The notes under the pieces are model-generated. The model was not told where the DNA came from. It saw nothing but the letters and a program-made list of their open reading frames with translations, and made no database searches. A stretch of DNA of 64,000 nucleotides from Octopus vulgaris (taxonomy: Eukaryota): assembly GCA_951406725.2 (NCBI GenBank), contig OX597821.1:24738001-24802000 (forward strand), written 5' to 3'. Numbering within the stretch: the first letter of the stretch is position 1; each line of letters opens with the position of its first letter. A program made the position numbers and the translations under genes. Of this stretch, positions 41,990 to 56,160 are shown piece after piece.

Positions 41990-44650
41990 CCCTATTGTTC
42001 CATCTACTTCTCTTAACTTCCCAAGCTAACCTGTCATATCTATCGACTTTTCTTTCGTCCTTATCCGATACTTTGTTGTCTGCTGGGCATGCTTTTTCTA
42101 TTATCCAGCATAGTTTGTTTTCTTTCTCAATTAAGACTATGTCTGGCTTCCCATTCCCTATCTCATGGTCACACTGAATCATAAAATGCCATAGGATCTT
42201 TGCATTTTTATTTTCGATTATGCCTTCGGGTTTCTGGTTGCACCAATCTTTTGCTCTCTCAAGTCCATACTTGTTGTAGAGTGTCCAATGGACAAGCCTG
42301 GCTATATTGTCGTGGCGTCTGTTATATTCCTTCTGGGCTAGCGGCGTACATTGGCTGGTAATATGCCATACGGTTTCACCATTTTGTCCTCAGATTCAGC
42401 ACTTATTACTTTCTGATGTGATGTTTATTCTGTATTTTATGTAGTTTCTTCTTAGTACTTGCTCTTGGACAGCACAGATTAGAACCTCCTTTTTCCAGTT
42501 TTAAATCACTTTTAGTCATCGACAGCCATCTTTTTTTCTCTGTCTGTCTTATCTTCAGCATCCCTATGAAATTTTCCATGAATTCTTTTCTTTACCCACT
42601 TATTTTCAGTTTCATTCGTTTTCAATTGCTTGTACAGTGCTTTATCTTTTCAATCTTTCATCCTACACAAGCCTGACCTTCTTACTTCTAATAATAGCGG
42701 TTTTGTGGCATTTTTTACATACCATGCTGTGTTGTTTTCTTCTACTCTAATGCTGTGTTCGCATCCAACAAGTCTTCTTCCCACTCTTTTTCTTGGTACA
42801 TACAGTCTGTCTGTGTCACTTTTTGGTTGGAGTGTCCCATGTCTAGTTAGCAACTTCCTTGTCTTTCTGTCTAAGCTGTTTAGTTCGTCTACTGTCCATG
42901 CGATTACCCCTGCTCCATATCAAAGTAGTAAAACCGTCCAGATGTTGATAGCTTCAATCTTATTCTGTCCGTTTAATTTCGACTTAAGGATGAGTCTGTC
43001 TGCGCAAATACTCCACCTTAAATTTTTCCGTCGTTTCATTCTCTATCAATTTATCCATTTCCAAAATCCCCAAGTACTTATAGCCCGTCTCTTCTATCTG
43101 TTTCATAACCTCACCCGACGGTATCGTTAACCCGTCCATACATTTGATTTTTCCTCTCTTCAAGACTAACACACCACAATTTCTCAGTTTGAACACCATT
43201 CTGATATCAGCACAGAAAGTATACACCATATCAACGAGGGAACTGACTTGGGCTTCATCATTACCATAAAGTTTGAGGTCATCCATGAATAACAAATAGT
43301 CGGCTTTTTGTTGGCGGCTTTTGAATGCATACCCAGCTTTTGCTTTCCTCAGAATCAGTGTTAGTAGTATCAAGCACAGTAGAAAGAAGTGGGAACAGGT
43401 AGTCCCCTTGGAAGGTGCCCCTCCTGATTTCTAATGTACCTAAACTTCTTCCGTATGCTATCAGGTCTGTCCTCCAATTCGCCATACTTTTCCCAAGCAA
43501 TCGCTCAACATTCGATGCAATACTAAATAGGTTCATACATTCCATTATCCAAGAGTGTGGGATCATATCGTACGCCTTACTATTGTCGATCCATGACATG
43601 GATAAGTTACTTTTCCTTCTCTTGCAATCTCTAATTACGATTTTATCTATCAGGAGTTGATCCTTTGTATTTCTGCACTTATGCTTGCAACCCTTCTGTT
43701 CATGTGACAGGATTCCATTTTTTTCCAGATGTTCGTACATTGACTGCGAATATTCCAGTCAATAGCTTCCACATAAGTGGCAGATAGGTTATCGGCCTGT
43801 AATTGTCTACCGTGTTGCCTTTTTCGATATTTTTCAAGCACAGCACTGTCCTACCCAATGTCAACCACTCTGGTGATACTTGGGCGGCATTTAACAAGGT
43901 GTTGAGTTGCGCAGCTATTCGTACATGACATTCACCAAATCTTTTGATCCATCTGGTTCCGGGCCCTTCCAGTTGCTCATATATTTTGCTGATTTCCTTC
44001 ACTTCCCTAACTGGAATGACTAGTTCTGCCTGTTTTGGACAGACTACTGTTTGTTTCAGTTCTTGCAACCATTCAGCATCCTTCTTGTGCTCCTTGTATT
44101 TGCTCCAGATGTCAATCCAAAAACCTCTGACTTTCATTGTTATCTGATATCAACTTTTCATTTGTACACTCTCCATTTATTTCTTTATAGAATCTCTTCT
44201 GATCTACTCTGAATAACCGATTCTGTTGGTAACCTTTCATTCTTTGGTCGTATCTTACCACCTTTGCTTTCTTTGCAGCGAGGCGCCGTTTCAGTTCTTC
44301 CATTACCACTTCCAGGCCCTTTCTTTCAATATTATACTTCCTTTTCAGCGCCCTGTATTTTTGTTCGCTTCCTCTTTTCGGTCTAACACAGAAGTTTCCT
44401 TCGAGGGCATATCTAACCCTGCCTGTATTCTTCTTTTCCACCATATATCTTTTCTTTTATCACTCCCCATTATGTTCCTTTTTCTTGACATAAACACCCA
44501 CGTTTTCTGCTACAACAATACTTGCTGCCTTGACCAAATTATTTGTTTCAGTGATGTTTTTTGTTCTGATATATTTCAGAATTTCATTGACATTTTTCGT
44601 TTCTTGGTTCAGTTTACATCGATCAACCTTTTTACTACTACCAACGAGCA
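41990..44650 (-). mobile_element. R4/Dong-like RLE non-LTR retrotransposon, 2.7-kb disrupted ORF
   Basis: NYRPITYL, EQKGC...[49 protein letters not shown] (PD-type endonuclease). Confidence 0.93.
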
Positions 44651-44789
44651 CTGTGAGCGCTGCCCTTGGCCTTGAAAAGAAGTAATTCAGCTTGTTCTAT
44701 CTGTAATTACTGATAGAAAAAAATAACAATAATATATATATATACTAATATTCACTTCGTTGGATTATTGAATTTCTGAATTCAATTGT

Positions 44790-45935
44790 GTTGTTGCAAT
44801 AAAAGGTATGATTACATATTTGGGTAGTCAGGGGTAAGTTTCATACAAAATTTAGTATATAAAAGTTTTAAAGTTTTCTTGAGATGTTCGTTTGTCTGTC
44901 CAGTTGGAGACTACAGTAGTGTGTTTGCAATGAAAAGGATGTTTACATTTACGAATACTCAGGGAGAGATAAAAAGAAAATAAGAAGACGAGGGTAATAT
45001 TTTCACAGAAAGTTTTAGATAGTAAAGTTTTAAGATTTACTAATATGGTCTTTTGTATGACAGCACAGAGAGAAATTGCAGTGTTCTTAGAATAAAAAGG
45101 AGGATACTTACATTTTCGAATACTCAGGGAGAAAGGAAAGGATAGGTATTCACAGGAGTTCTAGATATATTAAAGCCTTTTATTTTTTTTTAAAGCTGAT
45201 CTTTTGTGTGTTCGAAAGCTGTAGGGAGATTTAGAATATTCACAGGAAAGTGTAGATATTCCAGTCTTTGGGAATAGTAGGAGGAAGAGATGTCCACCTT
45301 ATTGAATTTTTTAATTTCTGAATTTCTTTTTCTTTTGGAATTTTTCTTTTCTTTTTAAAAGTTTTCCTGTGGTTTACAGTTTTTGTAGTTGTGCAGTATG
45401 TATATATTGGCAGGTGCTTACCTCAACTTTTTTCGTGCATTTAATTGTTACAATAAAAGGCATGCTTACATGTTCGGGTAGTCAGGGAAAAGGGAAAGAT
45501 AAAATGTTCACACGAAGTTGGAGCTATTAAAGTTTCTAAATTTTTTTGAGATGTTCATTTGTATGTCCCTTCGGAGAAGACTGCAGTGCTTTTGCAATAA
45601 AACAGATGATTACATTTTCGAATACTCAGGGAGAAAGAAAGGAAAGAAAAGGAAGGTAAAAGTTAAAATTTTCACAGAAAATTGTAGATATTAAGGTTTT
45701 AAAATTTACTGGAGATGATCTTTTGTCTGTCCGAACAGAGACATCTATAGTGTTCTTGGAATAAAGAGGATGCTTACATTTTCGAAAACTCAGGGAGAAA
45801 GGAAAGGATAAGTATTCACAGAAGTTGTAGATATTAAAGGTTTTTAAGCTGATCGTTTATGTGTTCGAAAATTGTAGATATGTAAGTTTCTTAACTTATT
45901 TTGAGGAAAATTCAAAATACTCACAGGAAATTGTA
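44790..45935. repeat. Diverged ~130-165-bp tandem repeat with higher-order (3-unit) duplication
   Basis: Motif (g/c)aataaaa..gatg.ttacattttcgaatactcagggag at ~44797, 44927, 45090, 45451, 45594, 45759. Confidence 0.75.
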
Positions 45936-46535
45936 TTGGGTTGGCAACTAAGTTCCCGCCGTTCTTTTAAATTTTGGAATTTATTGCGTTTTTAAATTTT
46001 CGAATCTATTTTTTTCGAGAATTCTATTTTTGAATCATTTTGGAATCTATCTTGTTTCTATTTTTTCTATTCAATTTTTGTTAATTTTTATTTATTTTCA
46101 GATCATTAAATTGGAATGTCAAGTTAAGAAAAATGAGCATCTTCGACACCTCCTTCTTTTTGCTTTTAATCAAGGTTCTAAGGCTGCAAAAGCTGCTCGC
46201 GATATTTCTGCTGTCTATGTAGAGGGTGCCATAGCTGAAAGAACCGCTTGTGGTTGGTATGCCAAGTTCAAAAATTTTGACCTCATAGATCCACCTCGTT
46301 CAGGCTGTCCAGTTGATTTCAATGAGAAGCAATTAAACCAACTTTTGCACGAAAATTCTCGTCAAAAGACAAGGGAACTGGCAGAGAAAATAGAATGCTC
46401 CCACACTACTATAGAGAAGCATCTTCACTCGATAGGAAAGGTTCAGAAGTATGGAGCATGGGTTCCGCATGCTTTAAGTGACAACAAGAAAAATCAACAA
46501 GCCACAATCTCCACTGGTTTGCTTGCTCGTCACCC
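45935..46535 (+). mobile_element. Mariner element 5' half (TIR plus HTH domain to WVPH motif), truncated
   Basis: TA-ttgggttggcaactaagtt TIR; KNEHLRHLLLFAFNQG..AARDISAVY..W..KFK..PRSGCP..GAWVPHAL. Confidence 0.92.
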
Positions 46536-46879
46536 TTTGTTTTGCCACACCATTTTCATAACTTTGTCCTAAACGTTCATGTTTGTTTTCAGACTTTTAG
46601 TCATCCTTTGTTTCATAGGTTCTGAGTAATATAAAGCCGGTCTTTCATTGGTCCCCAGTAACTCATGTCGTTGAAAAAATTTGCTAAAGTGTATCACGTA
46701 TGACGCATGGCCGGCATGGAAATATGTCTTCTGTATCACATGTTATACACAGGACAAACAAAAATATAAAAAGAGTTTGAGGAAGAGAAAATTTATGGTA
46801 ATTTTGAACCTGGATACGTCGTGAGTAAAGAATGAAAGAAACGACGTATTTAAAGGATTTACATAACATTGATTTCAAA

Positions 46880-47085
46880 TTTTGACACGAGGCAAGTAGC
46901 TTTGGGATATAGGGTAAGTCGATTACATCGACCCCAGCGTCCAGCTGGATCTTATTTTATTGATCTCGAAAGCATGTAAAGCAAATCCAATCTCAGAGGA
47001 ATTTGAACTCAGAACATGAAGACGGACGAAATGTCGTTAAACATCTTGCCCGGCGTGCTAACGATTCTGCCAGCTCACCACCTTA
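46880..47085 (-). mobile_element. Family B SINE
   Basis: Homology to 30058-30661. Confidence 0.8.
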
Positions 47086-47158
47086 ATGATTTACAAAATA
47101 TTTTCAAAATAGTTAATTAAGTAATACTGAAGTGGATAAATCATAACGTCTATTGAGA

Positions 47159-47400
47159 AGGCGCGTGGCCTAGTGGTTGGGAATTCTGCATTCACAAAAA
47201 TATGGTTTCGTTTCCAGGACCGAGCGGCCTTTGTGCTCTTGAGCAAAACGCTTCATTTCACATTGCTGCAGTCCCCGTAGCTGTAACTGAGTAACCCTGC
47301 CATGGACCGGCATTCTGTCAGGAGGAACAGTATGATGTCGGTTAGTTATACACCATGGAAACCATGCAGCGGGCCCTATGAACCCTAGGACTCGAGACAG
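47159..47400 (+). mobile_element. tRNA-derived SINE, family C
   Basis: aggcgcgtggcctagtggtt A-box, ggtttcgtttcc B-box-like, cttgagcaaaac core; related minus-strand copy at ~62800-62935. Confidence 0.65.
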
Positions 47401-47714
47401 CATTTCAATAGCTATTACTGAATTTTGAAGAAACAAAATCAAAGCGTTAGACTTTTATATCACCTCACAGTTCACCAATATATTACACTTTTAGAGTTAT
47501 CTAATACGTTCTGAGTTCAAATGCCGAGATCAACTAAGTATTTGACCCTCGCAAGGTCAATAAAATAAAACTCAAGTACTAGAGCCTATATATTCGAAAT
47601 TCTCCTGCTTAAATTTTCAGACCTTGCACCTAAGCTAGTAGGACCGTTAGAGTAACAGGAAAAACATGTTTTCAAGTATGTGATCTGGTTGGCTCTTTTA
47701 CATTTTGGGTTCTG

Positions 47715-48205
47715 CGAGCCGGCAGAATCGATACCGTGCTTTGCGGAATTTCATTTGGCTTTATGTCCTGAATTTAAATACCTATTTCTTTATTACCCAC
47801 AAGGGGCTAAACATAGACTGGACAAACAAGGACAGACATGGGTATTAAGTCGATTACATCGACCCCAATACGTAACGTGCTAACGATTCTGCCAGTTCGC
47901 CGCCTTAAATTTAAATACCGCCGGGGTCGACTTTGCCGGGGTCTACTTTGCCTTTCCTCTATTTGAGTTTGATAAAATAATGTGCCAAAGTTTAAAACTT
48001 ATATTTATATTGTCTCAAGCAGCGAGCTGGCAGAATCGTTAACATGCCAGGCCTTACATTCTGTTCGAATTCCGCCGAGATCGACTTTGCCTTTCATTCT
48101 TACGGAGTCGATAAAATAAGTACCAGTCGAGCACTGGGGTCGATGGCATTGACTTACCTCACCTCGCCCCTACCCATGAGATTGCTGGCGTTGTGCCAAA
48201 ATTTG
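47715..48205. mobile_element. Nested or opposed family B SINE fragments
   Basis: Plus-strand heads at ~47715 and ~48017 with a minus-strand collapsed copy at ~47777-47907. Confidence 0.7.
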
Positions 48206-48326
48206 AAACTAATATTTATGTTCTATCTCCTTCACTGTCTCCTTCTTTATTTCTATCTCTCTCTCTCAGTGAGTGTGTGCGCGCGCACGAGTAGTAGTAG
48301 CTGCAGCAGCAGCATTAGTAGTAGTG

Positions 48327-48381
<55 letters not shown>

Positions 48382-48764
48382 GAGGAGGAGGAGGAGGAGG
48401 AGGAGGAGGAGGAGGAGGAGGAGGAGGAGTTGCCTGAGTGTTATGCATCTCATCTCATCTCAAATCATGTATTTCTAACATATGTTTTAAATGTTTCTCA
48501 GAATAAGGGTTCAGAACCCTAAATGATTCTTCCGCTACTTCATCTACAATAACTGGATGCTGGCCTTAACCACACAGAATTACTGGTTCCCAGGCAGTAA
48601 AGGTCCTTCAAGAATCCCTGAAGAATGCAGAAATGATTGCAATACACTCCACAAAACTTTCTTATTATACACTCGTGAAATTATTAGATGTGACACTTGG
48701 TTTTCAATTATTTACCTTCTCAATCAATTGATCTACACACACACACACACACACACACTTATAC

Positions 48765-48795
<31 letters not shown>

Positions 48796-48926
48796 CACAC
48801 ACACACACACACACGCACGCACACGCGCATGAATACATTTGTGTATGCGTATATACATATGCACGCAGTTATATGCCTACGAGTGTGAATGCATGTGTGC
48901 ATATATGTGTATGCATGTTTGTGTGT

Positions 48927-48966
<40 letters not shown>

Positions 48967-49627
48967 TGTGTGTGTCCATACTAATAAGAGCAACACGCCT
49001 GGGGAAAAAAACACTTCCAGTGTGATTGTGAGCTCGAATGAAAGTGTGAATGGATGGTTATGTTTTGTATCTGTATATATGTATAGATGTGTCTGTGCAC
49101 ACACATGCACACACATGCACACACGCACACACGCGCATACACACACACACACACAAATACTGTACGCGTACACATGCATGCGTGTACATATATTTTCAGT
49201 ATCTCTCTATATATTTGTATCAATTAGCTGTAAGCGCCCTCTAGGTCAATGAAAGGGAGCTCACGTGGCTGAAGTAGACTAAACAGTGGTCCAGCATTAC
49301 AGTTAGATAAGGGCCCCTAGTTCTGAGTGTGTGGCCCTGAATGGCTGTTATGATGACGTATTCATTGCCCAGGTACACACACCACACCCTTGAGTGACTC
49401 AAGGCGTTTGTGTGAGCCATGTGCCGCTGTCCTCATTGCGTTACAATCACTGTTTATTGCTGTTTTTAAGACATGAGGGAGAAAGACGGAGAATGAGAGT
49501 GAAGGGGGGAGTTGTGTGTGCGAGTGTGAATGATGACGGAAAATATACTTACACTTATATATATAAATAGTAAAATGATACGTATTTATGTATGCATGTA
49601 TCTATGTATAGATGTATGTGTACATGC

Positions 49628-49662
<35 letters not shown>

Positions 49663-49704
49663 TGTATGTATGTATACATATATATATAAATATATATATA
49701 TATT

Positions 49705-49739
<35 letters not shown>

Positions 49740-49768
49740 TATATATATATTCACATATATATATATAT

Positions 49769-49847
<79 letters not shown>

Positions 49848-50177
49848 AGCATGTATATATGATTATATTCATATATATACGTATTTATGATTACACACAC
49901 ACGCACGCGCACACATACACACACACACACACACTTACGCGCGCGCACACATATATATATATATTATGTATGTATGTATGCAGTGCAGAAAATATGTGTG
50001 TCTTTGTGTGTGTGTGTGTATAAACAGAGGCATGGAAAAACGAAGAAAAAGAAAATTTGGGGGATTAAAGAAAAAACAGAGTACGAGATAAAATGATAAG
50101 TAGACTGAAATGCGTATATATATACACACACGTATATACATCATATGTAGGTATATACGTATATGTGTGTATATATG

Positions 50178-50489
<312 letters not shown>

Positions 50490-51260
50490 TATGAGCGAAT
50501 CGATGTGTATGTATGGTTGTATGATAGATACAACACATGAAGGTATATTCTCAATGTGACGTCATTGACAATGGGGAAATAAGGAAATACCAACAGTATT
50601 TGACCTTATTGACCTCTCGTCTAGTCTCTTCAATCTCATTTCCTGAGTGATCATGACGAAAACATGGTGGTAGTAGTGGCGGTAGTGGTAGTGACGGTGA
50701 CGGTGGTGGTGGTGGTGATGGTGGTAGTTTTCATGTCTTCACTTTCTTCTAACTTTCCCCTGGTTATTGTGGTTTCTTCTTCTTCTTCTTCTTCTTCTTC
50801 TTCTTCTTCTTCTTCTTCTTCTTCTTCTTCTTCCTCTATTTTATTCTCTGTCGTGTTATGTTCCGTGTTCATATCCCACCAAGGTCGACCCTTTTATAAA
50901 ACATGTAGCCATTAATCATTGCTCAATTATAAAACATGTAGCTATTAAATCGCTAAATTCTTCCTCCTCCAACACTCTTGTCCTTCTGTCTCTGGTGTCT
51001 CAGTTAGAAATCAACATTTAGAATTATCACTCAGTTTTGAGTTCAAATCACTCCCAGGCTCACTTTATCTTTGATCCACCGAGGTCAGTAATGTAAAAAT
51101 TACTTATATTTACTGAATGTTGTATTCCAACATGGGCTTAAAGCGTTAAGGATAAAACAAAATAATTTGCATTAAATACACGTTATTTGTGTGTGCGTGG
51201 GAAAAAGTGAGAGAGAGAGGCAAAGAAAGAAAGAGAAAGAGAGAGAGGGCGAGAGATAGA

Positions 51261-51312
<52 letters not shown>

Positions 51313-51785
51313 AACTTTGCTTATAACACCTTCCTTCCCTGTCTCGGTCTGTCTCTCCCTCTCTCTCTCTCTCACTCTTTCTCTCTTTCTCTGTCTTTCT
51401 CTTCCACTCTCTATCTCTCTTCTACTCTCCCTACCTCTCTCCCTCTTTCGATCTTTCTGATTAGCTTTGTTTACTTCTCTCTTTCCCCTCTTTCTATCTT
51501 TCACTCTCTTCCTCTCAATTTATTTCTCTGAAGTAGAAGCGTGATTAGTCAAAAGAAAAACTTTTCTATAATATGAAATTATATTTTTTTCTCTCTCTTC
51601 AATTCACAAAATCACAAAATCACAGAACTCAAAAAGAACAAAAACGAGAATGTGAACAGCATGATATAACGCTTGAAGTATTATTTTTCTTTTTCCTCCT
51701 AACTGTTTCTCTTTCTTTCTCTCTCTTTCTTTTTCTCTCTCGTTTTTCTCTCTCTTTATCTATCTACCAATAAATCTATCTATAC

Positions 51786-51859
<74 letters not shown>

Positions 51860-52669
51860 GCAGATAAATGTTCTTAAAATAGGAAGATGCGGGTCACATG
51901 ACAATCGTCTGCCTCTTGTGTGTGTCGTCTGCCATTCGTTTCACTACGATGTCAGCTGGATTAGCACACATACATACACACTTTTTCTCTCACACATACG
52001 CACACCACGTGTACACACAAGCAGCATCAACATCATCATCGTCATTGACATTATCATCATAATAGCCGTTCTCACCCCTGGCCTCAAACTAAGACCAGCT
52101 GACCTTCCCGGTTCGATAAAATGTTATGATGGTATTACCACTGGATGACGTGGTTGGTAAAGAGGTGGGCGTAATGTTTTAGTGTTTTGACGTTGTTTTG
52201 AGTTCAAATCCCGTTATGAATAATCTCAACATTCACCGTTCCAGGAATTGTTAGAATAATGTCTATTAACGTACGAGGATAAAGTACAGGGAGTGCATAA
52301 CTACTATTAAACAGTAATTGTTTATTTTATCGAAAGTTGAAAGGCAAAGATGACCTCGGTCTGATTTGAACTCGGGACGTAAAGAACCGAAAAAATAAAG
52401 CCTTATAGCGTGTCTCCCGATGCTCTAACAATTCTGCCAATTCACTACCGTAAATAATTGTTTTTAATCTAAGCACGAGGCCTGCAATTTCGAGAGTAGG
52501 AATATTAGCCGATTACATTAACCTTAGTATTCGCTTGGTTTGTACTTTAACTTAATTGATCCCTTTAGCATAAAATATAAAGAGCCGGAACAAGGCATTT
52601 TTCCAACACTCTAAAGGTTTGGGTCATCTACCAACCATTTTAATTATTTAAGAATAATAACTTCTTTTC

Positions 52670-53720
52670 TTTATTACAAAGGTAATAGCTCAGGGGACCT
52701 TACAAGGTTAGGTTACAACAAATGGGTGGGATATACATTGAAATCGAATCAGAAATTAATACAATATACAAGATTTTTTCTAATATTCTTAGCATAGGAC
52801 TACTAGATAGGACAATCAAAGAATCCCACGGACCTAAGATTATCCTAACTACCTCTCTCAGTGATCATTCTTCAGGTTACAAGTGCACACTGGCAGTAGG
52901 CTCATTCACTTGGGCAACGTTCACAACTTTCACTCGCCTTTCAACAAATTTACGGGTTAAGTACCTCTGCCCTCACTTTCTTCTTCGTAGTTCTGCATGC
53001 ATCTCAAACTGGCCCGGCTGGTTCGACTTAGTTTTTGCTCCTGTAATCTGTCCATATTCCTTTAGAACAGTTCTGACCATCTGGACTTCCGTAGTAACCG
53101 ATATCATTACAAGAACTTTCTCTGCAGTTATCGATACGACTTTTCTGTGTGACAGTTCGAACGGGATGTCGCGCTACTTTTCCAGTTTCCCTAGTTGAGT
53201 TTGAAGAAGCATTATATACAGGAAGGGTAACAGAAACTACCCTTGATGACAAAGCACATGATTCCAAATAGTTCTGATTGGTATTCATTTAGTTTGGCCA
53301 CCAAGTAGGAGCCGCAAATACATTGAAGCAGCGTAGCCTCTGAAGATAGGATTGAAACCAGCTGCTTTGCAGATAGCTCTCAAGTAAAGAATACCGACCC
53401 TATCGGAAATTTCTGATTGATAGGATTGATCAGAACCGCACCAAAATCAAGTTTGTTTCCCACTTTCCTTATGATGTATTGTATGAGGTAGGAATATCAT
53501 GGATAGTTCTGCCCGGCATTGCATAGGTTTGTACTTTTCCAATCAAACAACTGACTAGCGCCATTGCCTTTGCAATTATTTAAATCCAAAATCTTAAAAT
53601 CTGCATTCAGCTAAGTTATAGGTCGAAAAATACTAATGACAATTCTTTGTTCAAGTCATTCCTCAACAGCGCAACCAATATTCAGCTTAATGAAATTAGA
53701 ATTCTCCTGTTATGTTGCAG
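52670..53720 (-). mobile_element. Degenerate Tx1/L1 ORF2 remnant
   Basis: Minus strand FRPIT*LNADFKI (~53590-53630; RT domain 1) and CNAGQNYP-like remnant; heavily deleted. Confidence 0.65.
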
Positions 53721-54974
53721 TTTCAGTAGACAGGAGTGACATATATATGTAAAGTTCATAAGGCAGACTATCGAAACCAAGTAATTAGGGTTCTCACACG
53801 CCTTTTTACTACCATTTGTATCTCAGTTGCTGTCATTCTGAGCTCAAATCTCAGTTGCCATAATATCATCTGCAGAGCTCATTTCGGTATGTTGGTTATT
53901 TTATTTTTTTCTATTTGTCTTATTACTAAGTTACAATTATAAAGGGACATAACAACGTTGAAAAACTCTCCAAGTTTGAAATAGAAATATCGGAAACGTA
54001 ATATATACACAGAAAAATAACCTCTGTCATTATAGGAGCAGTGTTGAGAGTAGTGAAGTTTCATACAGAGAAAATGAAAAAATTACATCAACAAATATAA
54101 AAAGATGGAACTTCAAAGTACTGATCACGTAACAAAAACTTTTGACAAGTCTATTTAACATTAAAGTCACAGAACAGCTTTGGAGAAGTGCGCGTACCAC
54201 AAACTGTGTATGAGGGTAATAGTAATAATTCCTACTCATTTTAACAATAATAACTTCTTTTTATAGGGTTATAAATAATAATGATAAATTTTAACATAGG
54301 CACATGGCCAGAAATTCGGTGAGAGGAGTTATAGTTTGAACTGATTTCACTAGGTGACTGATAATTTATTTTGTTTATTTTTGAGGGATGTAAGAAGTTG
54401 ATTCCAGTAGGATTTGAACTCAGAACGTAAAGAACCAGATCATGTTTGTCATGGCGTTTTCCCGATGCCCTATCGATTCTGATAAATAATAATTTTTTTT
54501 TTTTCCTTTACTTTTTTCTTTTTTGTGTGTCTTAAGGGCGACCTATGAATTACATTATAAAAATCAAACCAAAAAAACTGTAAGGGTTTCCGTGAATTCG
54601 ATTAGGGAAAAACAAAAAGGTATGAAAAACAAGGTTCCTGACATCGGCACAAGGCCATAAATTATAAGCGACCTTATTACATGACTGGAAGGATGAGAAA
54701 CAACGTTAGCCAGAGCAGGATTTGATTGCAGAACAGAAAATAAGAATTAAGTACCAGAAGACAAGGTTCCTGACATCGGCACAAGGCCACAAATTATTGA
54801 TGGAGTTGTTGCTATAAACGACCTTATTATATGACTAGTACTTATATCGACCCCTGGAAGGATGAAAAACAAAGTCAGCCAGGGCATGATTTGATCAAAG
54901 AACAGAAAGTGAGAATTAAGTACCAGAAGATACTAACAGCTTCTGCGGCTCCACCAACTTTCTGATGTATGAAC

Positions 54975-55158
54975 AAGGTCAGCACTTTTGAGGGGAGGAG
55001 TTAGTTGATACCATAGATTTCAGTACTTAATTGGTACTTTATTTTATCGACCCCTTAAGGGTGAAAGGCGAAGTTGACCTCGGCGAGATTTGAACTCAGC
55101 AGTTAAGTGGAAAGCAATTTTTCCGGTACTTCAGCGATTCTGCCAGTCTACCGCCTTA
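54975..55158 (-). mobile_element. Family B SINE
   Basis: Central domain and head aaggcggtagactggcagaatcg. Confidence 0.8.
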
Positions 55159-55309
55159 CTTTATCCTTCTAAATAGAAGTTTCAAAGTTTTACAGAAGAT
55201 CGATAATTTTTAAGAGGAAGAATAAGTTGCTTTCATCGACCCCAGTGCTTAACTGTTACTTATTCTATCGGGCAAGACATGGGAACAATAATGGCTAATG
55301 ATAGCATCT

Positions 55310-56160
55310 AGGGATTCAGCCCTCCACTTTAACCCTCAGCACTACATCTTCCACCGCGATGGTTTCTATGATCTTTTCAATGTCTTCTGGGGTGGCTTGA
55401 CTTAATAACTCGAGCTCATGTTCTTATGGGCCGTGCACGTGGCTTGGAGGACCACTACTTTCTCCTCCAAGCCTAACAGGATCGCGTCTACTAACCAGGC
55501 TACATTTATCTCTGGGGGTATGTCCTCCACCTTCGCTTTGGAAGTACACCTTCCTAGGTAGATGGGTAGGAGCACTATATCCTCCGTTATCTGCAGGGTT
55601 ACAGATGGCAGCCTGCGGTTACTGTATCCCTGAACCGCACCCCCACTGTCTCGTACTTCATGCCTCTTTTAATGTGCATTATTTCGCCCCATATGGGCTT
55701 AAGTGCTTTTTCAATTTGACTTGGAGCGATTACTTCAATTTTTTTACCCTCTGCCGAAAGCGTTCGAAATATAATTAATTTCTCCTTTTGACTTAACATG
55801 ACATTTTGGGCAGGGACACATTTACATTACTTCCATCCTTTTTCAATAGTTCATTTAAACCTTCCAATCTGGTTTAAATTAATATTTTTCTGGTGACTTT
55901 TAGCTGCCTTTGCAAAATTCATCTTGTCTACGTTTTCAGTTGCTCTGAGGAGTTCCTCTTCTGAAGAAAAAATATTCAGAAGAGCTCACGCTATAGAACA
56001 TCATTGAAGCTACGCAGCCCCCTACAAAAAGAGAACAGTGCAAAACAATTGAGCCGTAAAACAGCAATACAAGTGTTCAATAATGCGAGTCATTAACAAG
56101 ATAAAACACAATTTTTCCCATTTTTCACAATTTTCACTGACCTTTCGTAATAAAGACGAC
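55310..56160 (-). mobile_element. LINE ORF1-like remnant (Tx1-type)
   Basis: KLIIFRTLS..IKRGMKYETVGVRF, LLPIYLGRCTSKAKVEDIPPEINVAWLV, resembling 28900-29200. Confidence 0.6.

Noticed and set aside
46030-46572. Host SETMAR-like gene
   Set aside because: Preceded by a mariner TIR, truncated before the catalytic domain, and no SET domain.
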